From Candidatus Cloacimonadales bacterium (GTDB lineage Bacteria > Cloacimonadota > Cloacimonadia > Cloacimonadales > JAFGVF01), in the NCBI GenBank assembly GCA_963663475.2, contig CAXXJV010000001.1, positions 1,504,001 to 1,568,000 on the forward strand: 64,000 nt of DNA. Direction: 5' to 3'. Positions 10,653-20,500 of this stretch are shown in pieces. A program made the position numbers and the translations under genes. Each line of letters begins with the position of its first letter. Positions within the stretch are counted from its first letter, which is position 1. Below the pieces are notes generated by a model, which did not search any database, was not told where the DNA came from, and saw only the letters and a program-made list of their open reading frames with translations.

Positions 10653-11438
10653 ATGAAAATAGTAGTTTGTATTAAACAGGTTCCTAACACTAATGAAATT
10701 AGGATTGATCCAATCAAAGGTACCTTGATTAGAGATGGAGTGGATTCTATTATGAACCCTGATGATAAAGCAGGTTTAGAAACAGCTCTTCAGCTAAAGG
10801 ATGAAAATCCCAATACTAGCATAACAGTTCTTACTATGGGACCTAATCAAGCAAAAGCTATTTTAAGAGAAGCTATTGCTATGGGGGCTGATGATGCTAT
10901 ACTCTTAACAGATAGGACTTTTGCAGGAGCCGATACCTGGGCAACCTCCCTAACCTTAGCAAATGCTATTAGGAAAATTGGTTTTGATGTAATAATCTGT
11001 GGTCGTCAGGCTATTGATGGAGATACAGCACAAGTTGGTCCTCAAATAGCTGAACATCTTAAAATTCCTCATGTTAGTTATGTTTCAAGTGTAAAAGTTC
11101 AAGATAAATTTCTTATTGTTAAGAGAGAATTTGAAGACTTCTATCAGAGAATAAAAGTGGCTACTCCTTGTCTCATTACTGCTCTATCAAGCATGAACAA
11201 ACCACGCTATATGAGAGTTGGAAGAATCTTTGATGCTTACAGAAATTTAGAGATTAAAGAAATGGGCCAGGTTGATATTAATGTTGATCCTGAAGAGTTA
11301 GGCTTGAAAGGATCACCAACCAAAGTTAGAAAAACAGAAACAAAACAAGCAAAGAAGGCTGGGCAAATTGTTGAACTTGACCCTAAGGAATCTGCAGAAA
11401 AGATAATTTCCTTACTTGCTGAAAAATATATAATTTAA
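10653..11438 (+). CDS. etfB: Electron transfer flavoprotein beta subunit
   Basis: VCIKQVP, FAGADTWATS, GRQAIDGDTAQVGP. Confidence 0.93.
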   Translation: MKIVVCIKQVPNTNEIRIDPIKGTLIRDGVDSIMNPDDKAGLETALQLKDENPNTSITVLTMGPNQAKAILREAIAMGADDAILLTDRTFAGADTWATSLTLANAIRKIGFDVIICGRQAIDGDTAQVGPQIAEHLKIPHVSYVSSVKVQDKFLIVKREFEDFYQRIKVATPCLITALSSMNKPRYMRVGRIFDAYRNLEIKEMGQVDINVDPEELGLKGSPTKVRKTETKQAKKAGQIVELDPKESAEKIISLLAEKYII

Positions 11439-11450
11439 GGAGACTGGATC

Positions 11451-12461
11451 ATGACTAATATAGAAAAAAAAGTAATGGTATTTGTAGAGACAAGAAATGA
11501 TCAGATTCAGTCTGTTGGCTTAGAATTAATTGGTAAAGCACGTGACCTTGCCGATACCCAAAACGGGCAAGTAATAGCTCTTATTCTAGGTGAAAAAATC
11601 AGTGAAAAACAAGCTAAAGATTTAATCGCTTATGGAGCAGACAGAGTTATTGTTGCTAATCATAAACTCCTAAAACTATACATGAATGAACCTTATACTC
11701 AGGTTCTTACTGATATTATGACTGATATCAAGCCTGATTCTGCCCTTTTTGGTGCTTCTACTATTGGTAGAGATTTAGCTCCTAGAGTTTCAGCTAGACT
11801 GCATACTGGTTTAACTGCTGACTGTACTGGCTTAGAAATAGATGAAGAGAGTGGTCTCCTTTTAATGACCAGACCTGCCTTTGGTGGTAATCTCTTTGCC
11901 ACTATTATTTGCCCAGACCACAAACCTCAAATGGCTTCTGTTAGACCTGGTGTTATGCAGAAAAAAGAAAAAGATGATGCTAGGCAAGGTCAAATAAATT
12001 TCCTTGATGTTGAAATTGATAATTCTGCTCTTACTTATGAGATTTTAGAAGAAGTAGCAGTTGTGAAAACAAAAAAGAATATTGAAGATGCTAATATCTT
12101 AGTTTCTGCTGGTAGAGGACTTGGTAATCCAAACAACCTAAATAAATTACATGACTTCGCTAATATTTTAGGAGCTGCTATATCTGGCTCAAGAGCTATT
12201 GTTGATGCAGGCTGGATAGATCATTCTCAACAAGTAGGCCAAACTGGTAAAACTGTCAGACCTGAAGTCTATTTTGCTCTTGGTATCTCTGGTGCAATTC
12301 AACATATCGCTGGTATGGAAGAATCAGATTTAATTATCGCAATTAACAAAAATAAAGAAGCACCAATCTTTGATGTTGCTGATTTAGGTCTTGTGGGTGA
12401 TGTTAATCAAATAATTCCTGAACTAGTTAAAGGACTCAATAATTTAAAAGCAAGTAAATAA
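11451..12461 (+). CDS. etfA: Electron transfer flavoprotein alpha subunit
   Basis: GLTADCT, TRPAFGGN, QVGQTGKTVRP, GISGAIQHIAGM. Confidence 0.93.
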   Translation: MTNIEKKVMVFVETRNDQIQSVGLELIGKARDLADTQNGQVIALILGEKISEKQAKDLIAYGADRVIVANHKLLKLYMNEPYTQVLTDIMTDIKPDSALFGASTIGRDLAPRVSARLHTGLTADCTGLEIDEESGLLLMTRPAFGGNLFATIICPDHKPQMASVRPGVMQKKEKDDARQGQINFLDVEIDNSALTYEILEEVAVVKTKKNIEDANILVSAGRGLGNPNNLNKLHDFANILGAAISGSRAIVDAGWIDHSQQVGQTGKTVRPEVYFALGISGAIQHIAGMEESDLIIAINKNKEAPIFDVADLGLVGDVNQIIPELVKGLNNLKASK

Positions 12462-12580
12462 ATGGCATTGTGATAAAGGCAACTTATGGTTGGAAAATTT
12501 ATCATTTGAAGACTAGATCTGTCTTTTAGAATAATAAAAGACAGTTAATAACGATCCTGATACATATAACATATAACCCG

Positions 12581-12618
12581 TGGGGAAGTTCATAATATTT
12601 GAATTTCCCTATTTTTTT
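12581..12618 (+). terminator. Probable intrinsic terminator of the kal-etfA operon
   Basis: gggaagttca-taatatt-tgaatttccc followed by a T-run. Confidence 0.6.
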
Positions 12619-12753
12619 ATATTCGGGTTTATTATTCAATCAATATGCCATACTTAAAGTCTCTTTTTAACTACCAGACTTGAACTTGAGCCTTTTTTTC
12701 GCCCAATGTCCCTTACCTAGGCTTGAGGAAGACCGGTCTTATCAATACCCTTA

Positions 12754-12834
12754 TCATCCTTAATCCTTCCTTTACAGTCTTTCGATGAAACTGGGACTTT
12801 CATCGAAAGACTGTAAAGGAAGGATTAAGGATGA
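12754..12834. repeat. Long perfect palindrome (37-bp arms, 7-nt loop), family B copy 1
   Basis: tcatccttaatccttcctttacagtctttcgatgaaa / tttcatcgaaagactgtaaaggaaggattaaggatga. Confidence 0.95.
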
Positions 12835-13154
12835 ATAGAGGAGAATATAGTTTTTACTCAGTATTTTTTGTGAAATAAAATAGGGTCTTTCAGGATAAAC
12901 TATTGGGAAGAATGGCTTGCTGGTTGAACAGTCTCAATGTATCATAATTTAGCTTATTCAAAATTAACTTGACAAATCATAATCATCGAGAAAGCAATAA
13001 AATAAATTCAAAAAGTGGAGTAAACTTTTGAGAATTGCAGATTCTGCACTTTACCTAAAATTAGACTCTACTACTAGGAATATAGAGAAACACTAAGTAT
13101 CAATTGCTCGAGTAAGTCACTTGAGTAAACACCAATATCACTAAAGGAGCCATT

Positions 13155-16100
13155 ATGAAATTAATTCATAAGCTTTTATACGTCAGTATTATATTTTTGA
13201 TTTTTTGTCCCACACTTTTACATTCTGCATTTTTAAGAGACATGCCTGTTAAGGTAACTCAGCCTAATGGAGAAAGCTTAAACTGCCTTGCGTCAGGCGA
13301 TGAATACCACAACTGGTTACACGATGCCAAAGGTTTTACCATAATTCAATCACCTAAAACAGGTTACTATGTTTATGCTGAAAAAGAGGGAGAAAGGCTA
13401 GTCGCAGGTAATTTAATCGCAGGAATTTCTAATCCCCAAGACAGTAACTTAGTCCCAAATTTAAATATATCACAAGCTAAATATAGGTCTCTAAGAGAAA
13501 GCAAATTTACTATGCCCGAGACAAGGGATGCTCCGACAACAGGCACTATTAATAATATTGTGATTTTTATAAGGTTCAGTGATGAAACAGAATTTAATAA
13601 GCAAATTTCTACCTATGAAGGCTGGTTTAATAGCGATACTAATTCTCAGAAAAACTATTTCCTAGAAGCATCTTATAACCAGTTGACTGTTAACACAAGT
13701 TTCTATCCTGCAGCCTCTAATGGTTATCTTGTATCTTGGCAAGATTCTCATCCAAGATCCTATTACCAGCCTTATAATTCTGTTTCAAACCCTAATGGTT
13801 ATCAAGATGATACAGAAAGTAGAGACCGTGAATTCACACTCCTAGAAAATGCTATAGCTGGAGTGCAAAATTCTATTCCGCAAAGTTTAGTTATTGATGG
13901 TGATAATGATGGCCGAGTAGATAATGTGGTTTTCACTGTAAAAGGTGATTCTGATGGCTGGTCTGATTTACTTTGGCCTCATCGTTGGGCAATCTGGGAT
14001 CGTTATGTATATCTTAATGGAAAAAGAGTTTATGACTTTAATTTTCAGTTAGAAGAATTTCTAGATTATAGTAGTGTTGGGGTTATCTGTCATGAATTTT
14101 TCCATACTCTAGGAGCTCCAGATTTATATCATTATTCTGAAAATGGCATTAGTCCAGCAGGCCAGTGGGACCTAATGGAAGCAACTACTAATCCTCCTCA
14201 ACACATGGGGGCATATATGAAGTATAAATACGGTGATTGGATAGCTTCAATACCTACTATCTCTGCTGATGGTCAATATACTTTAAATCCTCTAACATCT
14301 TCAACTAATAATTGCTTTAGAATAAACTCTCCTAACTCCAGTTCAGAATATTTCGTAGTTGAATACCGAAAACAAATGGGTACTTATGAGTCTTCATTAC
14401 CAGGTTCAGGTTTACTTATATATAGAATTAATCCTGCCTATGATGGTAATGCTGACGGCCCTCCTGATGAAGTATATATCTATAGGCCCAATGGTACTAC
14501 TAGTAATAATGGCTATATAGCTTCGGCTCATTATAGTTCAAATGTGGGTAGAAGTGCTATTAATGCTACTAGTAACCCAAGTCCATTCTTAACAGATGGC
14601 TCTGCTGGAGGACTAGTGCTTTCAGATATTGGTTCAGCAAATGCTACTATCTCTTTCGTTAAAGGTCAAGGATCAGCTCATATTACCTGGGCTCCTGATG
14701 AAATTCAGGAAACTCTTCCAGTAAATTCTTCTATTTCACAAGATATTACAATTGGAAATATAGGAAATCTTGCCTTAAATTATACCTTGTCCAAAGCAAG
14801 TAATTCTGCTAATGTTCTTACAGAAGGCTTCGAAGGAGGAAGTATGCCATCGGGTTGGAGTCAAGAAAATGTATCTGGTCAAGATGTTGATTGGCAGTTC
14901 ACTAGTGGGGGATATAGTAGTCATCCAGAATCTGCTCAGCAAGGGACCTATAATGCAAGCTTCTATCATGGCTCATCTACAGCAAGTGTGTCAAAACTAA
15001 TCACTCCCGCTATGAACTTAACAGGAGCTAATACAGCAACTTTAACTTTCTATCATACCCAAGCAATCTGGGTAAATGATCAAGATGAATTAAGACTTTA
15101 TTACAGGACTTCCTCAGCAGCTTCTTGGAATTTACTCGCTACTTATACTGATAATATTACTGACTGGACTTACAGAAGTATTGATCTTCCTAACTTATCA
15201 GCTACTTATCAAATAGCTTTTGAGGCTACAGGACAATACGGCTATGGAGTTTGCTTGGATAATATTAATGTATCTCAAGAAATTCTTGAAGATTTATCTT
15301 GGATACAAGTCGCTGGTGGTGATTCTTATTCTGATCTGATTAATCCAGAATCTAATTCCCACACTGTAAGCATTAGCCTAGATTCTCATGGACTTAGCTT
15401 TGGGGAATACCAAACCGATCTGATAATCACCAGTAACGCTAATAATAATCCTCTTGTAACAATACCTGTATTAATGAATGTTGCAGGAATTAATGAACAA
15501 AATATTTCACTTGATAAGCAAGAAGTTGATTTTGGAACAGTTACAAGTAATGAATTTGTAATGGAAACTATAAGCTTGTCTAATATTGGTGGGGAGACTC
15601 TTAGTGGAAATATAATAGCAGATAACAACTTTACCATAAGCCAAGTAAGAAATAATATTTCTAAAAATGACATTATGTCTGCTCACCGAGATTTGCGACA
15701 AACACGTAACTTTAACTTCTCTCTAAGTGAAGGAACTTCAATATCATATAATATCAGTCATTCAACCCAACAAGCAGGTTCTTTCTCAGGCTCACTAACT
15801 ATTACATCAAATGATCCTGACTCTCCTGAAATTCATGTTCCCTTAACTTTAGAGGTTAAAGATCCAGCTAATATTAGTGTTGATCCTCTTACTATTGAAG
15901 TGAATTTACAGGAAAACCAATCCAGTGAGACAAGTATCTCAATTGCTAATACAGGAGACCTAGATTTAACTTGTTCTCTAAATCTTATAGAAGGTGACAA
16001 TAGAAATTTAGATGAAATATTCTCTGCCAACTTTGATGATCATGATTTATCAGATTGGAATATAGATTATTTCTACTCAGCAGACCACACTTGGCATATT

Positions 16101-17258
16101 GCTGATGTTTATGATACTTATTCTAGTTCTTATACTCTTGATAACTCTTCATTCCTATTCATTGATAGTGATGCTGCAGGTTATAACAATATTGATGATA
16201 TTATTGAGACTCCTCTTTTCGATGTTAGCAATTATACTGAAATTGCTGTTGAATTTGACCACTATTTTAACAAGTGGACTGATGAAATTGCAGATGTTGA
16301 TTTTTGGAATGGTTCGGAATGGATTAATATCGGAAGATGGCAAGGTGAATCTATTGGTTATTGGTCTACACCAAGTCACTTCTCCTACACTATAACTAAT
16401 GAAGGATACAGCAATGTTAAGCTAAGATTTCACTACTATGATGCATATTACGAATATTACTGGGCAATAGATAATCTCGTAATATCTGGACAAGGCAATC
16501 CTGCACCACAATGGGTTACTTTACCAAGTCAGTATAATAATCTTACTATTACTCCTGATAATATTGAAGATATTACTCTCAATTTCTCTTCAGCTGAACT
16601 TGCTACTGGTCTTTACACTGCTAATCTATCTATTCAGTCTAACTCAGCTGAAAACAATAATCTAAATATCCCAATTTCTCTCAACGTTTACCAACTAGTA
16701 AATGAACCAGACTGGCAACCAGTTATCTATCCCAACAATAGTGCCACTATCTATGCTGAAATTACCCACTTGAATGACCAAATAGCAGAGGATGATATTA
16801 TTTCTGCTTGGATTGGTGATGAGTGTAGAGGACTTGGTGAGATTGTTATAGTTAATAGAAGTCAAGCCTTTACAACTCTTGTAGTGCAATCTAATGGAAA
16901 TCCCGAAAATGTCTATTTCAAACTCTATGATAGATCCGCTGATATTGTCATAACTCAATCAAATGCGACATCTGTTATTAGCGGACAAGTAGTTGGCTCA
17001 GCCCAAAACCCATTTCCTATTAATATTGGACTTATTGAGCTAATTACCCCCAATAATATAGAAGTGCAAGTAGTCAATAATGTAGCTAGCCTTAACTGGC
17101 CTAGTGTTCCTAATGCTGATTACTATGAAATATATTATTCTCAAGATTTAGAAAATTGGGCTTTAATTACTAGTGTAACTACAAGTAGCTACCAACATAG
17201 TCTCCCACCAGTTAATAATCATGCCTATTTCTATAAAATAATCGCTAAGAAAAACTAG
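13155..17258 (+). CDS. Secreted M6 (immune inhibitor A-like) metalloprotease with Ig-like and adhesin-like accessory domains
   Basis: Signal peptide; QPNG...GDEY prodomain; HEFFHTLGAPDLY zinc motif; WDLM; EYFVVEYR and GSGLLIYRI; C-terminal FN3-like domain. Confidence 0.88.
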   Translation: MKLIHKLLYVSIIFLIFCPTLLHSAFLRDMPVKVTQPNGESLNCLASGDEYHNWLHDAKGFTIIQSPKTGYYVYAEKEGERLVAGNLIAGISNPQDSNLVPNLNISQAKYRSLRESKFTMPETRDAPTTGTINNIVIFIRFSDETEFNKQISTYEGWFNSDTNSQKNYFLEASYNQLTVNTSFYPAASNGYLVSWQDSHPRSYYQPYNSVSNPNGYQDDTESRDREFTLLENAIAGVQNSIPQSLVIDGDNDGRVDNVVFTVKGDSDGWSDLLWPHRWAIWDRYVYLNGKRVYDFNFQLEEFLDYSSVGVICHEFFHTLGAPDLYHYSENGISPAGQWDLMEATTNPPQHMGAYMKYKYGDWIASIPTISADGQYTLNPLTSSTNNCFRINSPNSSSEYFVVEYRKQMGTYESSLPGSGLLIYRINPAYDGNADGPPDEVYIYRPNGTTSNNGYIASAHYSSNVGRSAINATSNPSPFLTDGSAGGLVLSDIGSANATISFVKGQGSAHITWAPDEIQETLPVNSSISQDITIGNIGNLALNYTLSKASNSANVLTEGFEGGSMPSGWSQENVSGQDVDWQFTSGGYSSHPESAQQGTYNASFYHGSSTASVSKLITPAMNLTGANTATLTFYHTQAIWVNDQDELRLYYRTSSAASWNLLATYTDNITDWTYRSIDLPNLSATYQIAFEATGQYGYGVCLDNINVSQEILEDLSWIQVAGGDSYSDLINPESNSHTVSISLDSHGLSFGEYQTDLIITSNANNNPLVTIPVLMNVAGINEQNISLDKQEVDFGTVTSNEFVMETISLSNIGGETLSGNIIADNNFTISQVRNNISKNDIMSAHRDLRQTRNFNFSLSEGTSISYNISHSTQQAGSFSGSLTITSNDPDSPEIHVPLTLEVKDPANISVDPLTIEVNLQENQSSETSISIANTGDLDLTCSLNLIEGDNRNLDEIFSANFDDHDLSDWNIDYFYSADHTWHIADVYDTYSSSYTLDNSSFLFIDSDAAGYNNIDDIIETPLFDVSNYTEIAVEFDHYFNKWTDEIADVDFWNGSEWINIGRWQGESIGYWSTPSHFSYTITNEGYSNVKLRFHYYDAYYEYYWAIDNLVISGQGNPAPQWVTLPSQYNNLTITPDNIEDITLNFSSAELATGLYTANLSIQSNSAENNNLNIPISLNVYQLVNEPDWQPVIYPNNSATIYAEITHLNDQIAEDDIISAWIGDECRGLGEIVIVNRSQAFTTLVVQSNGNPENVYFKLYDRSADIVITQSNATSVISGQVVGSAQNPFPINIGLIELITPNNIEVQVVNNVASLNWPSVPNADYYEIYYSQDLENWALITSVTTSSYQHSLPPVNNHAYFYKIIAKKN

Positions 17259-17544
17259 TTAAGAGAAAAACATTTAGAAAATCCCTGACGGGATACAGAG
17301 TGTTGACAAAATCAAATTCTCTGAATCCTGGAAGGGATGTCTTTTAATAGGCAGGGTCCAAACTCTTCACTGCAATGTATTAAACTACCAAACCTGAACT
17401 TGAGCAGCCTTATCTACTACATGCAGAGTATCATAAATCACTGTTATGAGACTAATTTAGATATTTAATAATAGTGATTAATTATCTTGACTAAATTTTT
17501 TTAAAGATTATAATTGACCTTTGAAAATAATAGAGGAGAGATTT

Positions 17545-20500
17545 ATGAAAGTAAGAAACAAGAGTAAAATACTTTTTGGATTTATGTTTATTTTATTGAC
17601 TTTGATAATTACAAGTTGTGTTATTGAAGTTTTAGAGGTTCATCAGCCTGAACTTGGTTATGTTAATAGTAAAGTGATAACAAGCCTGAGAGCTGATTTA
17701 TCCCAAAATACGGGAAGTGGCGCTTATACCTTATCAATTCTAATGCCTGAAGATTGGTCAATTGAAAATAACCAAGTGGCATATAATTTTGAAAATACTC
17801 AAGGAACATTTTACTTCACATATAATGCTAATAATGCTTCAACAATTACTAATGCTCAAGAAACTCCACCTGGCTATATCTGGTGGTCTGGTCTTTCAGA
17901 AACTCACTCTCCTAATCTAGATAAAGCTGAAGCAAATGTTGTATTTATTACTGGCTCAGTTACTACAGATTATACTCTTAGATATCATGTCGGTGATAAT
18001 TCAGATAATAACCTGTCTGAATATCAATCAGGTCCTAAAGAAATTAGCTTAGTAAGCCAACCTCAAACTGACACTCTTCTTGATGGTAGAGCTTTTCCTA
18101 CAGCTGATACTAATCCCTGGGATAAACATATTTTTGAAGTAAGCTTTTTTTCACCTAATGAAAGTATACCAACTAGTGCAGAATTATTCTTAGATGATGT
18201 TGCTTATCAATTAAACCTAGTTGCAGGTAGTGCCGATAATGGGAAATATGGAGTTGATATAGACTTCATTTCAGGAGGTCAACATGATTATTATTTCTTG
18301 TTTGATAACTCCTTAAGATACCCTACGGGAAATGATAATTTATCTTTAACTGTTAATGATATAGAAATATACTCATTACCATATACAGAAACATTCGAGA
18401 ATGATAGTCCTTCAGTAAACCACTGGACTTTAGCCGGGGACTGGGAGATTGGTCAAGCTATGGGGGATAATGGTCATCCTGAAACTACTTATGAAGGTGA
18501 TTATATTGCTGGTACAGTATTATCTGGAGATGGATTAACTACCGTAAGTACTACTAATTCTATATTTACTTCTCCTGTTTATGATGCTAGAGAAGAAGCT
18601 TCTGTATTCTTGAATTTCTATCATAACTCCCAAATTAATGAGTATTCAAATTTGACAATTAGGGTTGAACAAGTTCAAACTGGCATAAACTTTGATAAAG
18701 ATATACTATCGAGTCAATATACAAATGGATGGGAACAAAAGTCTATAAATATTAGTGATCAAGTTGCTGGTACTTTTTTTAGAGTAATCTTTCAATTCGC
18801 TACAGGCTCCCAAGCTTGCCCAGGAACAGCAATTGATAACTTTAGCATAGATATATCTGATTTCTACGATGCTGAAATGAAGTTCGCTGAAAGCATAATT
18901 GTTGCAGACAAGGGTAGTACTGAAGCTTTTATGTTCTCTTTAAAAAATATAGGTTCAGCAAATGATAACTATGATTTAGAAATTACTCCAAATCCTGAGT
19001 TTTCCTATCAATTACTAGAATATGTAGCTAATGATACTTGGACTCCTCTTAACTTTAACGATATTGAACTTACTCCTTCTCAGGAAATTACTTTAAAATT
19101 ACAAGTACAAGTTCCCCTTGATACTCAATTACAAGAGGAAGAGATTATTCTCAATCTTTCTAGTGATAATGGGATTATGAAATCACAAAATCTTACAACT
19201 AAAGTGAGACCTAATGTATTAACAAGCCAAGAATTTGGCTATGTTATGTATTCTTCTGATTATTCTGATTTAGCTCAATATGATTGGATAGATAGTTCCA
19301 ATGCAATTCTTTTATCAGAAGGAGATTTCCTTTCTAGAACAATGTTGCCTTTAGGCTTTTTCTTTGATTATTTTGACTCAGTATATGATAGCATCTATTT
19401 AACTCCTTATGGAGGTGTTTCTTTTTATAATTATGAGGATTATTCAGATGTAGAAGAAATTCCTGGCAATGATGGTGTTGACTTACTCATTGGGCTATAC
19501 TTCACAGAATTAGGTTTAACTTATGGAGGAAATGCTTATTATCAACAGACAACTGTTACAAATCAAAATGCCTTTATTCTTACTTTCGAAGATTGCTATA
19601 CTTTAGAAAATAGATTTGATAGTTTTTCTGCTCAAATGATCATCTTGGAAAATGGAGATATTAAATTCCAATATGCTAGCCTTCCAGAAGAGTATGAATT
19701 AGGTTATCCACTGGTAGGTATTGAAAATTATTCTGGTACTGATGGAATAAATTTCCAAACAAACTATAATGCATTAAAAGAAAATTATGCCCTCTTATTC
19801 TCTAGAAATTTTGTAGCTATTAATCCTCAACCTGAAAATTACTTCCCTGCTTTAGCTTCTACTGATATTTCGTGGGAAACTGTTGGAGAATTTTCAAGTA
19901 TGAAAGTCTATTTGAAAGAAAATGATAATCAGTTCAGTCAAGCAGATTTAATCTATAATGGAAGTCCAACTTCTTCAATTTCTAACAATCAGATCCCAGC
20001 TATGACAATTAATAATACTTATTACTGGAAAGTGGTGGGTATCACTCAAGAAACTTATGAATTATCTTCTCCTATATACCAATTTTCTATTGCAGGAACT
20101 TCTCAAGCTAGTGGTTATGTAACTGATAGTTATACTGGGCAAGCTCTAGAAGGTGTTTTAGTATCTATTATGGATAATCAAGGTGGGGGAGAGTTTAGAA
20201 ATTCTTCAGAATCTACCTTAACTGATGCAAATGGTTACTGGGAAATGGATCTAATGTCTAATGCTTATTACTTAGAATTTAGTAAGGATGGTTATACTTC
20301 TAATACTGGTGTATACTTGAATCTTTATGGAGATAATTCAATTGATGTTGAAATGGATAGACTTTTTGCAATTAATCCATCACCAGCTAATGATAGCTTT
20401 GATATAAGTACAAACACTGAATTAAGTTGGGATAATCCAGCAGGATATAACTATGCTAGTATAGAAATTTCAGAAAATGAAAGCATGGAAAATGCTAACC

